DNA from: Octopus sinensis
Lineage: Eukaryota
Length of the DNA: 64,000 nt
Assembly: GCF_006345805.1 (NCBI RefSeq)
Contig: NC_042997.1
Coordinates: 82,646,001-82,710,000 of the forward strand
Direction of reading: 5' to 3'
Part shown: in pieces, positions 23,780 to 37,660 of the stretch
Layout: every line of letters begins with the position of its first letter
How positions within the stretch are numbered: position 1 is the first letter of the stretch
Made by a program: the position numbers and the translations under genes
Notes under the pieces: model-generated
Database searches by the model: none
Told to the model about the DNA's origin: nothing
Seen by the model: only the letters and a program-made list of their open reading frames with translations

Positions 23780-25450
23780 AAACTCCCCAGAAAAAAAAGT
23801 ATAAAATAAAAATGAAACGAAACTTCTCAGTAGGAGATAGCTACCAGACACCAAACAAGGATCCCACACAACCTGGACTACTCTGACTATCAAGAGCAAA
23901 TACCCTCTCCTGGCTGTGCTTTGTAACCTATAGGTACATGCAGTCAATAGACCTGTTCTTTTGGGCTAGATTTTACTATTTTCACTTGCCCTTCAGCTAA
24001 TTTCCTTGAACAAACCATTTCCCTCATCATTTTCACCTCCCTCTTTTGGTGAAATTTTAAAAAGCCCCAAAGTTTATATCTTCTAATCTTTTCAATCTTG
24101 TCTATATTCAATCTTTTTTGTCACAATAACCAGACAGGAAAACTTCCAACTCTTCCTGGCTTAAGAAAAGTGACATGAGGATCCTCATTATGGGTTAACA
24201 GATATCCAGATCTGTCCTTCAGCAAAACTTTGCATGCATCTTGGATGGCTCAGCTGATGATGCTTTTGACATGTAGAATGAAATAATTCTTTTGTGGAAT
24301 GGTGAATATTGAAGAAGATAAAGCTATGAACAATCACATGTTATTACTAGGTTGAAAACCCTTTGGATAGAAAAGCTTATATGATGCCCATGGGACATGA
24401 GACCACATCTTCTGTGGAAGTTACCATAATCTTTGGGCTGGAACTCCTCTGTAATAAGCTGTTTAGTTTATCTTTCTTAAGTCCTGTGTCTTTCCAAAAG
24501 TGTCCTTCTTCTGCCTACTTCTAATCCTCTGTAGACTACAAAGTTTTATGCACCACCAGATGTATTACCCAACTGATAAGGAACTGTGAGTATTGGATAA
24601 TATTTCAGATGTTAGCCACTCAATGTTGATCTTTGCTTGATTCAGAACTGCTGCTCCCACAAAGAGAAAGCTTCAGGGAAATTTACTTCACAAATAGTGA
24701 CTACATCTCACTGGTCAGGAATCTCAGCAGATACCAAATACCTCAACATGTCAACACATCATCGTTCACAAGTTGGTAGCAGAAAGCGGATGAAAAAACA
24801 GGCACCGATAATATTTAATAATAATTATTGACAATAATACTGTTAGATCTTCAAAGTTACTACATGTTTGAACTCACTATCTTTGATGGCTCCACAAACA
24901 CACACACACCTCAAAGTGGCTTCATACATAGACATCTCAAAAGTAAATATACAGATATCTCAAAGCATCATTTTTGAAAGATTTATTTCTAGAAATTAAA
25001 TAATATCATTTGGTGCACTTAATACTTAATCTAGTATTTATTAGGCATGCTTTATGCAGTTTATAATGATTTAATCCCTTTGGGAATCATACTAACAAAT
25101 AGCGTCCATGCAGATAACACAGAATAATGAGAGGTGTCTATTTACTTTTGAGGTCTCTGTTTAGGGAACATTGCCAAAATGACATCACCAAGACTTGGAT
25201 TCCATTTTCGTTCCAAGTAACACTCCAGTCCTAGCCAGTTATCAAACATCTACAAACCTAAAGTGAAACTCACATTGGTGTACTATCTGAGGCAGTGCTG
25301 TTACTACACACATAAGGAAAAGGAAGCAATGCAAATGATTGAGAAAGAGGCATCAACGACTGACCCCTAGGCATGCATTTTCTTCTTATAGTCTCATCTA
25401 TTGTTAGCAGCCTCTACTTTTCTGCATTAGTTTACTATTTTGAACTCTTT
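23780..25450 (-). mobile_element. Highly decayed Penelope-like RT remnant
   Basis: Fragmentary matches to the PLE RT thumb/linker (ITEEFQP..., MSKASSAEPSK...); frames heavily broken. Confidence 0.4.
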
Positions 25451-26192
25451 CCATATCAGCTTACTGGTATTAAAGCTGAACATCAATTGTAACAATCTTA
25501 TTAGTGTCAGAAGGCATGCAAAAGTTATAGGTACTACATTATCTCATGAATATCTAATAAGAAAAATAATAATGAAAAGCAATGTTCCTATTCTATTTTT
25601 TTACCACAAAATATATGTGAAAATTTAATATTATGACATAGTTATTCAATATAAACATTTAGTATTGTATGAGAAATATTTAATATAAAAATTTTATATA
25701 TTTCAAAGCCATGTGGTAAATATTTTGGCATTTATTTATTTATCTATTTTAAACTGCAATTAGTAAACAATAGCAGTACTGCTTACCAAGCCGGTTATTT
25801 CATTGTATTTCATTGTTCATTGCATTTCTATGGTAAAAGTGACAGCGCATCACTAAAACTTAATTCAATACAAATATCACAAGCAACTTATTAAAGAGCA
25901 GCAAGTTTTCAATTTTCTTGCTTATGCTTACATTATTTGCTGATGTATAACATCAAAAGATATTCCTTCACACACACACACACACACTTGCATGATAGGA
26001 TTCTGCACAGTTTGCTTCTCAACTTCCACTCACAAGGCATTGTTGGTAGAAGACAATCACAGGGTCAAAGCTGGGTCAAAGTGGTTGTGAAGTAAACTTC
26101 TTAATCACACTGCATGACACAGTAACCATTAAGTTGCTTTCTTTTAGTAAAGACATTCTTCAGTTGCAGTGAAAATATTTGCAATGTAAATG

Positions 26193-26826
26193 GACAATAT
26201 TCTTTTATTCTTTTACTTGTTTCAGTCATTAGACTGTGGCCATACTGGGGCGCCAGCTTCAAGAATTTTAGTCGAATGACTTGACACCTGGTTTTTCAAA
26301 AAAATTTTTTAAGCCTGGTATTTCTATCAGTCTCTTTTGCTTAACTGCTGAGGGGATGTAAACACACCAGCCCCGGTTGTCAAGCGGTGGTGGGGGCAAA
26401 CACAATACACTCACACATACACACACACATATATATTCTTTAATTTGTTTCAGTCATTTGGCTGTGGCCATGCTGGAGCACCACCTTTAGTTGAACAAAT
26501 CAACCCCAGGATTTATTCCTTGCTAGCCTAGTACTTATTCTATTGGTCTCTTTTGCTGAACCACTAAATCATGGGGATGTAAGCACACCAACATTGGTTT
26601 TCAAGCAATAGTGGGGGAAACAAACACAGACACACAAAACATATACACTCATATATATATATATATGACAGGCTTCTTTCAGTTTCCATCTACCAAATCC
26701 ACTCACAAAGCTTTGGTCGGCCCAAGCCTATAGTAGAAGACACTTGCCCAAGGTGCTCCTCAGTGGGACTGAAACCAGAACCATGTGTTTCATAAGCAAG
26801 TTACTTACCAAACAGCCACTCCTGTG
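26193..26826 (-). mobile_element. Two adjacent SINE family A copies (tail-only 26193-26425; full 26434-26826)
   Basis: Repeated ttgtttcagtcatt...ggccat(a/g)ctgg tail motif, with the head in the second copy. Confidence 0.82.
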
Positions 26827-26849
26827 CATATATATATATAGTGAGAATT

Positions 26850-27025
26850 TACAAAAAAACAAAAGATGAAGATGGGTGTGTAAACAACAAACAGATGTAT
26901 TAGTTTAACACTTGGGAAGTGAGAAAGTCTTTTACGGTTTGAGTCTATGCTCTTTGACAGAAAGGAACACAGAAATAAACAGGGAAAGAAAATATAAAAG
27001 GCTTGGTGGCTAGCGATCTATCATG
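26850..27025 (-). mobile_element. Penelope-type terminal segment with decayed hammerhead-like motif
   Basis: Homologous to the 12111 unit (aaacaaaagatgaag...gtattagt...agtcttttacg); motif at 26927-26965. Confidence 0.75.
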
Positions 27026-27030
27026 GCGAA

Positions 27031-27200
27031 TATACAATGGGCTTCTTTCAGTTTCTGTCTACCAAATTCACTCACAAGGCTTTGGTTGGCCTGAAGCTAT
27101 AGTAGAAGACACTTGTTCAAGGTGCCACCCAGTGAAACTGAACTTAGAACCATGTGGTTGGGAAGCAAGCTTCTTACCACACAGCTATGTCTATGCCTAT
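27031..27200 (-). mobile_element. SINE family A head
   Basis: gggcttctttcagtttctgtctaccaaattcactcacaagg...cttaccacacagc. Confidence 0.8.
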
Positions 27201-27424
27201 TACAACCATACCTGTGCCTATGTTCATATTGTAGAAATAAAGAAACTTTAAGTTTAGTATTTTCTGATGATTTTGTTAACTGAAATTAATCTTACACAAA
27301 GACTGCTAAAAGTAAGAAGAAATAGTAGTGCTTTGAAGATTATAGTGATGAGAGACCAGAATAGTAAAATAAACAAGAAATCAAAAAATAGCAATAAAAT
27401 GAAATGTTATATTGAATATCAAAC

Positions 27425-27493
27425 CTTAAAAGCCAGAAACTGATTAATACAGGCTCTCTGAAGTATTTCCACAGTGATAAAAATTAAAAGAAC
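27425..27493 (-). CDS. Permease exon C (69 nt, phase 0-0): VLLIFITVEILQRACINQFLAFK
   Basis: tatttttctcatcctag|GTTCTTTTA...GCTTTTAAG|gtttga; continues the hydrophobic segment in frame. Confidence 0.88.
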
Positions 27494-29429
27494 CTAGGAT
27501 GAGAAAAATATAGATATAAAGATTTATTATAATATAAAGCAAAATGAAAAAGCATAATTGAAAATTAGTATCTTATAAAAGGTGAAGTTATGCAGATAGA
27601 ACAATAAATATTGATAATAACAATAACAAAGATATATCAAATATTCAATTCATTGTGATATTTTGAGTTAAAACTTTTTTACAAGGGCTTTAAAGAATGC
27701 AAGAAACATAAATTATGTATCTGTTCTGTTGACATAGCAAATCCTTGTGTGTGATATTTGAATTATCATGTATGTAAAGATGTAGAAATTTGGAGCTGTG
27801 GATTGTGTTCCATGGTCTGTCAGGTCAAGGTGACACATGTATGAGATGCAATTGTGTCAAATCAACACTCTTCTTAAAAGAATAATATTTTAAAAAATCA
27901 CAAGCATCCTTAGGGCCCAGATTTAATTTTGGGGTTCTCTAACATTAATGGGAGAGAAATTTGGCTACTTTTTCTGGAAGGATCAGTGTCTATGTACTGG
28001 TCTTTCATTAGCCTACTGAGGGGCAGCTTTTTCTCCATTGGAGGAATTGAATTTAACCCTGGGAACCAATGAAATTCTTTTAGTTTCCACATTGCTTACA
28101 ATGGTATTACCTGCTCCATCTGCTCACATTTCATTATCAGTGACCAGACAAACTTTCAACTTCTTTGCTGGTCAACTGGTTTACTTACTGATTTATCTAG
28201 AATCCTAGAAGATTAAATTCATCCGTCAGTACTTATCTTTATTATATCATCAATGCTCAGACATTAAATTGTAGTTATGTGAAGATCTGCATAATAGAAA
28301 CATAATGAGGTAAAACACAATAGAGATTTTCCAAACCAGCATGTATTCAATTGAAAAACACAATAACTTTTCAAGCTGAAGAATTTTACATTTTGCTATA
28401 TCATATTTATACATATGGGTAGCACTTCTTATTGAGTTTCACTCAACTCTGATGTAAGAGTTGAACTTAATATCTTAGAAAAGTTGAAGAAAGTTAAATT
28501 AATCTGCCATGCCTTAAGGCACATTACAAATTCCACATTTTAACAAAATTTTAATAATCCAACATTTATATATTGCTAGTATTTAATACAATCAAATAAA
28601 AAAACAAATTATGTAAATCAAATAAAACTAATTAATCGGCTACAAACATTGTTAGAGGCAATTTGAAAGTCTCTAATTTGTAAATAGTTACTTTAATGTG
28701 GGGATAAGAGTGAACTTTTAGTGTGAAATTTAATGTTAGCAAGAAATAAAAACAATGAAAAAAATATGTTGAGCGTCATGGGATTTGAGCTCAGAATATA
28801 GAAATGAAAAGAGAAAATAAATACTGTAAGACACATAGTAAGATGCCTACTACATCTACCAGTTTGTTGCCATTTCAATTATAAGAATTTCTTACACAGG
28901 TATATATATGGCTATGTAGAAAAGATCAGTTGAACCAAAATCAGTATTTTACATATTTGTTGGCCGTGGGATATAAAAAGCAAAATCAACATGAACAGAA
29001 TTTGAACATAGAAAACATGAAACCAAATTCTACTGCAAAGCATTTCATATAAAACTTTACAATTCCTACCAATATGCTACTTTTATATAGGAATAAGCTC
29101 ATTTGTTGAAATAGAATTTGTCAAATTACTGTCAGTAAATTGCTTGTGGTTACAATATTGAGTTGTGAAGAAATAAAATATAGAGTCAACCTTAGTCAAA
29201 TGATACAGAGGAAAGTAAATTCTGTTATAATGTAATTTAGTGCAGTGATTTACTGTTTCAAGGATTCTCTCACCCTTTCTTCTAGGAGTACAAAATGTTT
29301 GGCATGAGTTGGATTTGAACTTATGTAGCCAATAGTTCAGTATTTTAACTTCATAACTATCATAATTAATTTGGATCAATATAATTAACTGTGTGGGGAC
29401 AGCATGTTAAAAAATAGATACAAAGTTTC

Positions 29430-30600
29430 CTCAACAAACGTAAAAATGTACCCACATCAACTGAACCCCAGCATGCAACTTCCAAAACCACACCATGTGC
29501 CCTCTAGAAGGATCTTGTCTCTCAAGGGTCATAGTATATAGAGCCACCCTTACATCAGCTGATGGCATTACTAGGCACTATACAGGTATGACAGCTAATG
29601 ACTTCAAGAGAAGATACTCCCAGCATATGCACTCATTCAGATCCAGGGACAGAGAGAACTCTACTTCCCTGTCTTGTTTTCTCTGGATACACTGTGATCT
29701 CCGAGATGAAATACCCAGCATCAAGTAGATTATTATCAACAGAGCACCACCATGTTCACCTGGCACCCCTAACTGCCAGCTCTGCCTCCATGGAAAGCTG
29801 CATATCCTCCAAAAACCCACAGTAACCATCAACAAGAAATATGATCTATTGTATTGCTGTCACCAGAGATATGCCCTTCTGGCAAATTACAGGCTTCTGA
29901 CTGCCACTAATCCGGATATACTACCTTAGCACCACTGCTACTCTGCACTGCCTGCACCAAGGTCACCACTGCAAACCAACCCTATGAGCAGGAGCACCAT
30001 TTACCAATCCCCAATGTTTACCAACCCCCAACACACACCAATACTTGTTCTGTGCATGTATACATGTGTACGCATGTGTGCGAGTGCACATGCACACTGG
30101 TATGTATGTATACATGTATGTGGATATACACATGTACATATGAATGAATATGCATGAGTATACATGTGTGCATATGCGTGTGTGCATGCTCATACAAGCA
30201 TGCGTGTGGTGCAGACATGCATGTGCACACCCATGCACACACTCGCATCAATATACACATGCTATATACTATGAGTGCATCTGCACACCCACATATAGAA
30301 CTATATACTTGCACATGATACCCTTCCTACTTCCCCTCCAACAGCCTGACTGATTTCTAATCACCCCCATGTACTATTTCCCGTCCTCCATGTGGTGAAT
30401 TTCCTGTTTACTATGCGGTATTTTCCAACTAACTGTTACCCATATACTCCAACATCAAGCCACAACATTGCGTGACCTTCCTCAACCAATCACAGCCCAC
30501 CTTACGGTAATAACAATCAACTTCTGTCATTCAAATTCAAAATGGCTGACTAGCATCACACTTGAAACTCAAGAGTACTAACAAATTTGAATCAAACTGT
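29430..30600 (+). mobile_element. Penelope-like element 3' part (GIY-YIG + terminal region)
   Basis: ORF 29495: CPLEGSCLSRVIVYRATLTSADGITRHYTGMTANDFKRRYSQH...; then NCQLCLHGKLHIL; possible ctgactag...gaaac vestige near 30546. Confidence 0.88.
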
Positions 30601-30631
30601 TTTGATCCATATATATATATATGTATATGTG

Positions 30632-30950
30632 AAGCCACATGGCTTAGTGATTAGGATATTCAATTCACAATCATAGGGTGGTGAGTTTGATTCCTGGCGT
30701 CATGTTATGTCCTTCAGCAGCACACTTTATTTCACATTGCTCCAGTTCACTCAGCTGGCAAAAATGAGTTGTACTTGTTTTTCAAAGAGCCAGCCTTGTC
30801 ACACTCTGTGTCATGCTGAATCTCACTGAGAACTACGTAAAGGGTACATGTGTCTGTGGAGTGCTCAACCATATGCATGTTAATTTCATGAGCACATGTT
30901 CTGTTGATAGGATCAACTGGAACCCTTTTCATCGTAACCAATGGAGTGCC
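30632..30950 (+). mobile_element. CORE-type SINE (family E), near full length
   Basis: tRNA-like head ggcttagtgattagg...gagtttgattcc, CORE domain, and tail gataggatcaactggaacc. Confidence 0.82.
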
Positions 30951-31444
30951 AGTTTATAGATCGCTATTTCTATTTATTTATTCATTTCATTGCCATCATC
31001 CTTTAAGTCCATTGTCCATGATGGTATATGTTGTACAGTTTAATCAGAGCTGGAAAGCTGCAGCAGGTTCCAATCTAATTTAGCTTTCTGCAGCTGGATG
31101 CCCTGCCTAACACCAACTGCTTTAAAAGGTGTGCTGAGTGCTTCAAATGTGGCACTGGCACAAGTGTTATCATGTGACACCAACAAGAGTGCTTTTTACG
31201 TGGCACTGATACAGGAATCTTGCAGGTCAATCTTCTTCACTGGGGGAAGCAGCCATAACACTTCTGCTGTGAAGGTTTATTTTAATTATGTATATGTAAA
31301 TTAGTATATTCAAATAAGCAAAGATATTGATCACAGATCCATTTGTTTCTAAAAGCTGTGTTCTCATGACAAGGTTATATGGTCGGATTTGCATAAAACT
31401 GATTGAGTAGATAATATAAAGGAGTATCAAAAGTAATTGTATTA

Positions 31445-31929
31445 CAGTAATTCCTCGCCATATCGTGGTTCACCTATTGCACCCTCAGTACATCATGGAT
31501 TTTTCTGAATATATGTAAATTTATATCACGAACTCCTCAGTATATTGCAGCTTTCTGCAGTTGATAGGCATTTATATTTTTTTAGATTAAAATTATTTCT
31601 GTGATAAAATAAGCATTTTCATGCCAAAAAATTAATAAACTAATAAATAGAAATACATAACACATTAATTAAAATATATTAAAAGAAAATACGTAGTTTA
31701 CTGTAGATGAGTAAACTAAGAATTGCACATACTGTATGGAAAGCAAAACTCGGAAGGCAGGTGTGTGGTGCTGTTTCGCATTTATAATAGAATAAATAGA
31801 TACAAATTATAAAAATAATAAAAAAAATATATACAGTACAGTACTGTTTCTACTTCACAGATTTTCACCTATTGTGTGTGTGGGGGGAGGGGTTGGAACA
31901 TAACACTTGTGATAGTTGAGAGATTACTG
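31445..31929. mobile_element. Tigger/pogo-type MITE
   Basis: ta|CAGTAATTCCTCGCCATATC ... GATAGTTGAGAGATTACTG|ta. Confidence 0.75.
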
Positions 31930-32061
31930 TAATTGTGCACAAATTAACATCTGTGGTTGTACATCAATTAATATAGTATTCATGGAATCTTCTTTGTGCT
32001 TGATTGATATACACACGCGTGTGTGCTTGTATTTGTGTGTGTCAGTGTGAATGCATGTTTT

Positions 32062-32105
<44 letters not shown>

Positions 32106-32914
32106 TGACTCCTTTCAAAGTTGTGTAATTGTTACTGAAAATCATTGGCTGTGCTAAAAAAATATATAGTTGGATTTATATATATAGCTGTATGCAGTTA
32201 TAGGTATTAGCAAGTGCTTAATAAGTTTGCTTTGCAATCATGAAACCTTAAGTTTGGTTGCTTGTAGTGTCTTTTACCATAGCCTGAAATTGACCTAAGC
32301 CTTTAGAGTGAAATTGGATAGATGGAAACTCTGAAAGCCTGTTGGATATATTAGCCATGTTGTGCTTTGTGTTATGCTGATTTTACATGAGGGTGTGCTA
32401 AGAGTATACGGCAGTTGACTTCAACTCCATTTTCTGATCACATGTAAACCATGAGTTTATCATGCATGCAGACCTTAATTTCAACCAATCAGAGCTTGTT
32501 GTTCACTTGATAAGTTCCAAAATTTTCTTTCTGTGATGGCCTTACAAAACAGACACTTTTAGCACAAAAATTCAAAGGAAATTGGGATCACGTTCATTAT
32601 GATCTGCTGTGAATTCTTTTCTCATATCTGCTTTCACAGCTTCATACTAAAACCAGCATGATTTTGCTATTCACAGCTCTATCCCAACTCGGAGATGGAT
32701 GAAGAATCAATAGTCATACATTTTTGAAGCGATGTGAAAGATCAGCTTAATCGTCAGTTATCTGTTGAAGACCTTCAGCACCTGTAAAATATGATGCTCA
32801 TGTAAGATTGACTCTGTATTTTCATGAAACCTTGTTGTATATGAACTGACACCAAGTCTTTGTTATAACTAATGCTACAAGTACATGTGTTTGTGAAATA
32901 CTCATCTATTAAAT

Positions 32915-33059
32915 CAGATATGGGCAATATTTTTTATGAAGCTGGTTATGTGAGATATGGCTATCATCAGATAGGCTGCACTAATAAAATGATTCAAGGT
33001 AATTTTTTGTTAGGTATGCCATTCAAAACGTTCTGCAGGCCATAGTTTGCCCATGACTG
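32915..33059. mobile_element. hAT (Charlie-like) MITE
   Basis: TIRs CAGATATGGGCAA and TTGCCCATGACTG; 8-bp TSD tattaaat/tactaaat. Confidence 0.8.
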
Positions 33060-33545
33060 TACTAAATCATGCTAATTCATTAAGTAGGTATCTCTGTCAG
33101 TCAAACAAATGAAGTGCTCACTATAGAAACCAATGGAGGATGCCATTCACTACATAGGTGCGTCTTTTACTGCAAATAGTTGTATGCAATACCAAGCAGG
33201 GTGCTGTTTGCTTACATATGGTTGTATGCAAATATCTGTGAATTGTAATACTTTCAGTAGTAATGTGAGAACCAAGTTTAACATCTGTTATTAAAAAAAT
33301 ATTAAGATAACATTTGTGGCAGTGTACAGAATTAGTTGCAAACTGCTTACTCAGTGTAATGCTAATTATATTGATTATTTTATATTGATTATTTTTCTCT
33401 TTTCTTTTTTTTTTTTTGACGGCAAATAAATTAGCTTTTATTGTTGTTCTACTTCAGGCCAATCCTGATTTTAAAAAAAATCAACAAAAACAAATACTCT
33501 TTGATCAAAGATATTCCAATGGTAACTAACTGATCTTTTTGTATA

Positions 33546-33773
33546 TTAACCTTTTCGTTACAGTATTTATTTTGAGATGCTCTGTGTTTCTTTCAATTAC
33601 TTTAAATATAACAAAGAGTTTAGTAAAATAACTTAGTTATCACTCAGCTAGTGTTAGGAACATAAATTGTGGCTAAGGTTTGGTGGAAGATTTTAATTCG
33701 AAACTTATGAAAACAAGACATTTGTACTCAGAGCCAGAGCTAGTTTCAGCAGGGTTGGTATCAAAAGGGTTAA
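33546..33773. mobile_element. piggyBac-type MITE
   Basis: TTAA-CCTTTTCGTTAC ... GGTATCAAAAGGG-TTAA. Confidence 0.72.
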
Positions 33774-34017
33774 GGACTACATCTAATACATCCATTGAAA
33801 AAAAAAAAAAATTTAGGATGTGATTTGAAGAAAATCTTGCAGCTGTTTTTAGCAGATTAAAAGGTTGAGTCATATTACCGCCCTCAAAAGACCAAGTTAA
33901 AAAAGGCTTGTCATCATCTAAAATATTTTTATAAAGGCACAAGCCCATAAAAGAAAATTAAATCAGCCTTTAAAGCAAACAAATCATACAGTTAGTGAAT
34001 AATTGATAGTTACATAA

Positions 34018-36348
34018 CACTGGTCAACAAAATTGAATGCATTATACTCTTTATGAATGCAAACCAACTTTTTAGACTAACTTTTCATGCTGATTTAAAA
34101 ATTTCACTCCATTATTATGCAGCACATATCAGTTTTTCAGTAGATACATGCATATATTTACATATTTGTATATATGAAATCATTAACGTAATAAATAAGG
34201 ACATATTATTTTTAGAAAGTAAATGGGTTTATTGAGTTAGAAATCATCACTATCATTCTACAAAAGAGTGAATACACAAAAAACAAAGTTAGAACAACAG
34301 AGTTAGAAACATTATCATTTGGATTTCCTGTGGTGTTCCTGATCTGGTTGATCAGAGCAAAGTGTACAACTGTAGTCAGTGAGCATACTGTCATTCCAGA
34401 AGCCTTGGTACTGTTTCTCCATAGTACTAATGTCCTGGTGAAATCTTTCACTATGTTCATCACACACTGCTCCAAGGTTATCTGCGAAGAAATCCAGATG
34501 GGAGTCCAAGAAGTGAACTTTCAGTGACATGTGACAACTCATTGCTGAGTAACATTTCAGAAGATTCTTGATGCCATCCGTCTACTCCATTGCCTTCTTG
34601 TTGCCCAAGAAATTCTCACAGATCGAATTGAAAGAATTCTAGGCAGGCAGTTCCAGTTCATCCAGTGTTGTCCTGAAGTTGACATCTTTGAGTACTTCTC
34701 TAATTTGGATTCTGACAAAGATACCCTCTTTCAACTTCGCCTGTGTGATTTTGGAAAACTTTTCTACAACATACTCATACACTCTGGCATTTCCCTTCCC
34801 AAGTGTTTTTACAAACTATTTCATCAGTCCAAGCTTTATGTGCAAAGGAGGCAATAGGACATTACATGGATCTACAAGAGATATATTCTTGACGCTAGAT
34901 AGTCCTGGCTAGTATGATGTTCTTATCCGCCAGTTTAATTCCGAATAATATCTGTTAGTTGCCCGACTATCTCATAGACTCAAGGAAAAACAGTATTTTG
35001 TGAAACTTGACTGCATTTCCATTAACATTCCAATGACTTTTAAATCTCCACATATTTTCCATGAGTATCTTTCATAGGTAATGGCATGAAGTAAAAGTTT
35101 CATATTCTCATATGATTCATGAAAATGAATGGAGTGTGCAATAGGAATGGAGGGCTTCAAATTGCCATTATGGAGAAGTACAGCTTTTAAACTTTGTTTT
35201 GAAGAGTCCATAAACAAACACCACTCTGTAGGATCATGATTTTGTGATAAACATCTGAAAAATCCATCAATGTTACTGTAAAAGCAAAGCAGACCTTCAA
35301 AAGAAAAACACATTTGTAGAATTACATTTCTCTGCCGAAAATAAGTTATACAAACACCATGCTCTAGCAGATACTTCTCCTTCAGTTTTGATGCTAACCA
35401 TTCTGCTTTATCTTTTGAGAGGGATAGGTCTCTGACAAAGTCATTCAGTTCAGCTTGGGAAAATTTCTGAGGTTCAAAGCTATTGTCATCAGACATGTAA
35501 TCTTCCTCAGCATCATCATCTGACGTTTCAATACCATCATCTGGTGGAACTGGAATTGGTGAACTTCCATTGTGAGGCACAGGTCTCATTGCAGAATCCA
35601 AATTGGGATACACACTTTTGTGTTTATTCCTCAAAGAAAATCCTATGACATTTATTTTGCAAAAATAACAGTCTTTCGGCTTCCTCCATATCATTGGAAT
35701 GGCAAAGGCATTGACTTCTTCTTACTGAACCAGTCACATAAACCATTTGAGCAAGCTGAGTAGATAAAATGTGGTGCCTATAACTTGTTCTGATCTCCTA
35801 ATGGACAGTCAAAGTATAGCTTATAAATCTTGATCTCTGGTATTATTGTACGTTTTTGAGCTTTCACAATAAATTGTCCCCAGACATAACGAAACACATC
35901 AGGGCGATTTCTACACTGTCTTGACATTGTTAGCACTGTAAAACAAGTAAGGAAATAGATACAAATTGTTATACTTATATTGAATTTGAGATGATGAAAA
36001 ATTTCATCAGACCAATTATGACTGGACAATTTGAGATGTTGAAATACCTATTTCATCAGACAAAACTTGATTGGTTAATTTAAGATGATGACATATTCCA
36101 TCTGACCTATGCAGCAATGAATAATGTAGTTTACTTTAAAGGTATGTTTCCCTGATGTAAATGAAATACATGTATACATATCATTAATTGGAATTTCTAT
36201 ATAATGCATGAGCTAAAACCAAAAACCTTTCTCATCTTGAAAACTGTATGTGATGTCAAAAAACTAATTGTATATTTGAAACCAGCTTTAAAAACTACAC
36301 TAAGTACACCTTGACATATGCTTGATGAAAAATACTTGTTGACCAGTG
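34018..36348 (-). mobile_element. Full-length Chapaev3 (CMC superfamily) DNA transposon, transposase pseudogenised
   Basis: taa|CACTGGTCAACAA ... TTGTTGACCAGTG|taa (3-bp TWA TSD); minus frames give MIWRKPKDCYFC, YPNLDSAMRPVPH, CGDLKVIGML, DEHSERFHQDI and YQGFWN..MLTDY. Confidence 0.88.
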
Positions 36349-36482
36349 TAATGCTTCATTGACACATGGTTCTTATTTATAGGTAAATAGCCTGAAACAA
36401 TGAGAATTAAGTCTATTAGTTAATGAACACTGAATAATTACTGTACTTCCTCATTTACAATTTGTGGGCTTAGGGAGAGAGA

Positions 36483-36700
36483 TTAGCCCTTTAGCATTTA
36501 AACTAGCCATACCCTGTTTAAATATTCTACCTGTTTTACATTCAAACCAACCAGATCTGGCTTCTCACACCTACCTTACAATGTCATTTTGAAAATAAAC
36601 AACCATAACATCAAAATCTTGAAACTACAAGATTATGCAGGTTTAATCCAAAAATGATGTAAATAAATAAAGCATTACATTTGATAGACTAAAGGGTTAA
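36483..36700. mobile_element. piggyBac-type MITE (second family)
   Basis: ttagCCCTTTAGCATT ... ctAAAGGGttaa; fragments of the same family at 14713-14765 and 16345-16460. Confidence 0.75.
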
Positions 36701-37029
36701 AATTTCTTGACTATGCACAGAGTACAAGTGTTGGGACAGTGGATTCAACAACTAATAAGGCTAATATTCTATTGTCTTTCATATTTGTGACTGCATTTAA
36801 AAACAGAACACAAGTTAATGAGTTTATAGTTAGTTTATACTTTATAATTAAAGAGCTTATAATTTTAGACTCAAATTTTACTAAGTTCAATTTAGTGTTT
36901 TGTCAAAGACATTTCGAGATACATAAATTCATTTTCAGATGCTCTCTGATGTGTTATGTTTCTTGTACGACTTGAACTATCAAACAACAGTGGTAATAAA
37001 GGCATAATCACTGACTGCCCAGTATCTGT

Positions 37030-37410
37030 TATCTTTTATATTTTACTTCACTCATTGGACTGCAGCCATTCTGGGGCACCACTTTGACGGGTTTAGTCAA
37101 ACAAACTGACCCCAGTACTTGTTTTTTTAAAGCTTAGTGCTTATTGTATGGGTTACTTTTATCTGATCCTCAAGTTATGGAGACATAAACAAACACTGGT
37201 TATCAAATAATGGTGGGGTCAATCATGCACACATGCACACACACACACATATACTGGGTTTCCACAATTTTTGTTAATCAAATTTACTCACAAAGCATTG
37301 GTTGACCCAGCAGGAATAGTAGAAGGCACTTGCCAAAAGTGCCATGGAGTGAGACTGGACTGTAAATCACATGCCAGCACAGCAAAATTCTTAACCATAC
37401 AGCCATATCT
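37030..37410 (-). mobile_element. SINE family A, diverged
   Basis: Tail and head motifs with heavy CpG decay. Confidence 0.7.
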
Positions 37411-37660
37411 ATGACAGTAAAATCTCTTTAAGATAACCTCCCAACAACTGCCATTAAAAACAGAATATATACTCTAGACAATATACAGTCAATAATGATT
37501 AAATGACTTCAAATTAAATGCTGACTAAACAGAAAAATTCCATACAATAAACCTGCTCAAACAGAAACAATACTAACAAATATAATTGAAAATGAGTTAA
37601 ATCATACGAAATTAAACAAGTTTACTTTAAGACAAGTACCATTTTATTTTGTTGTTTTGT

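Noticed and set aside
27910-28092. ORF MWKLKEFHW... in unique-looking intronic DNA
   Set aside because: No recognisable motif and no compatible splice sites; other frames have stops.
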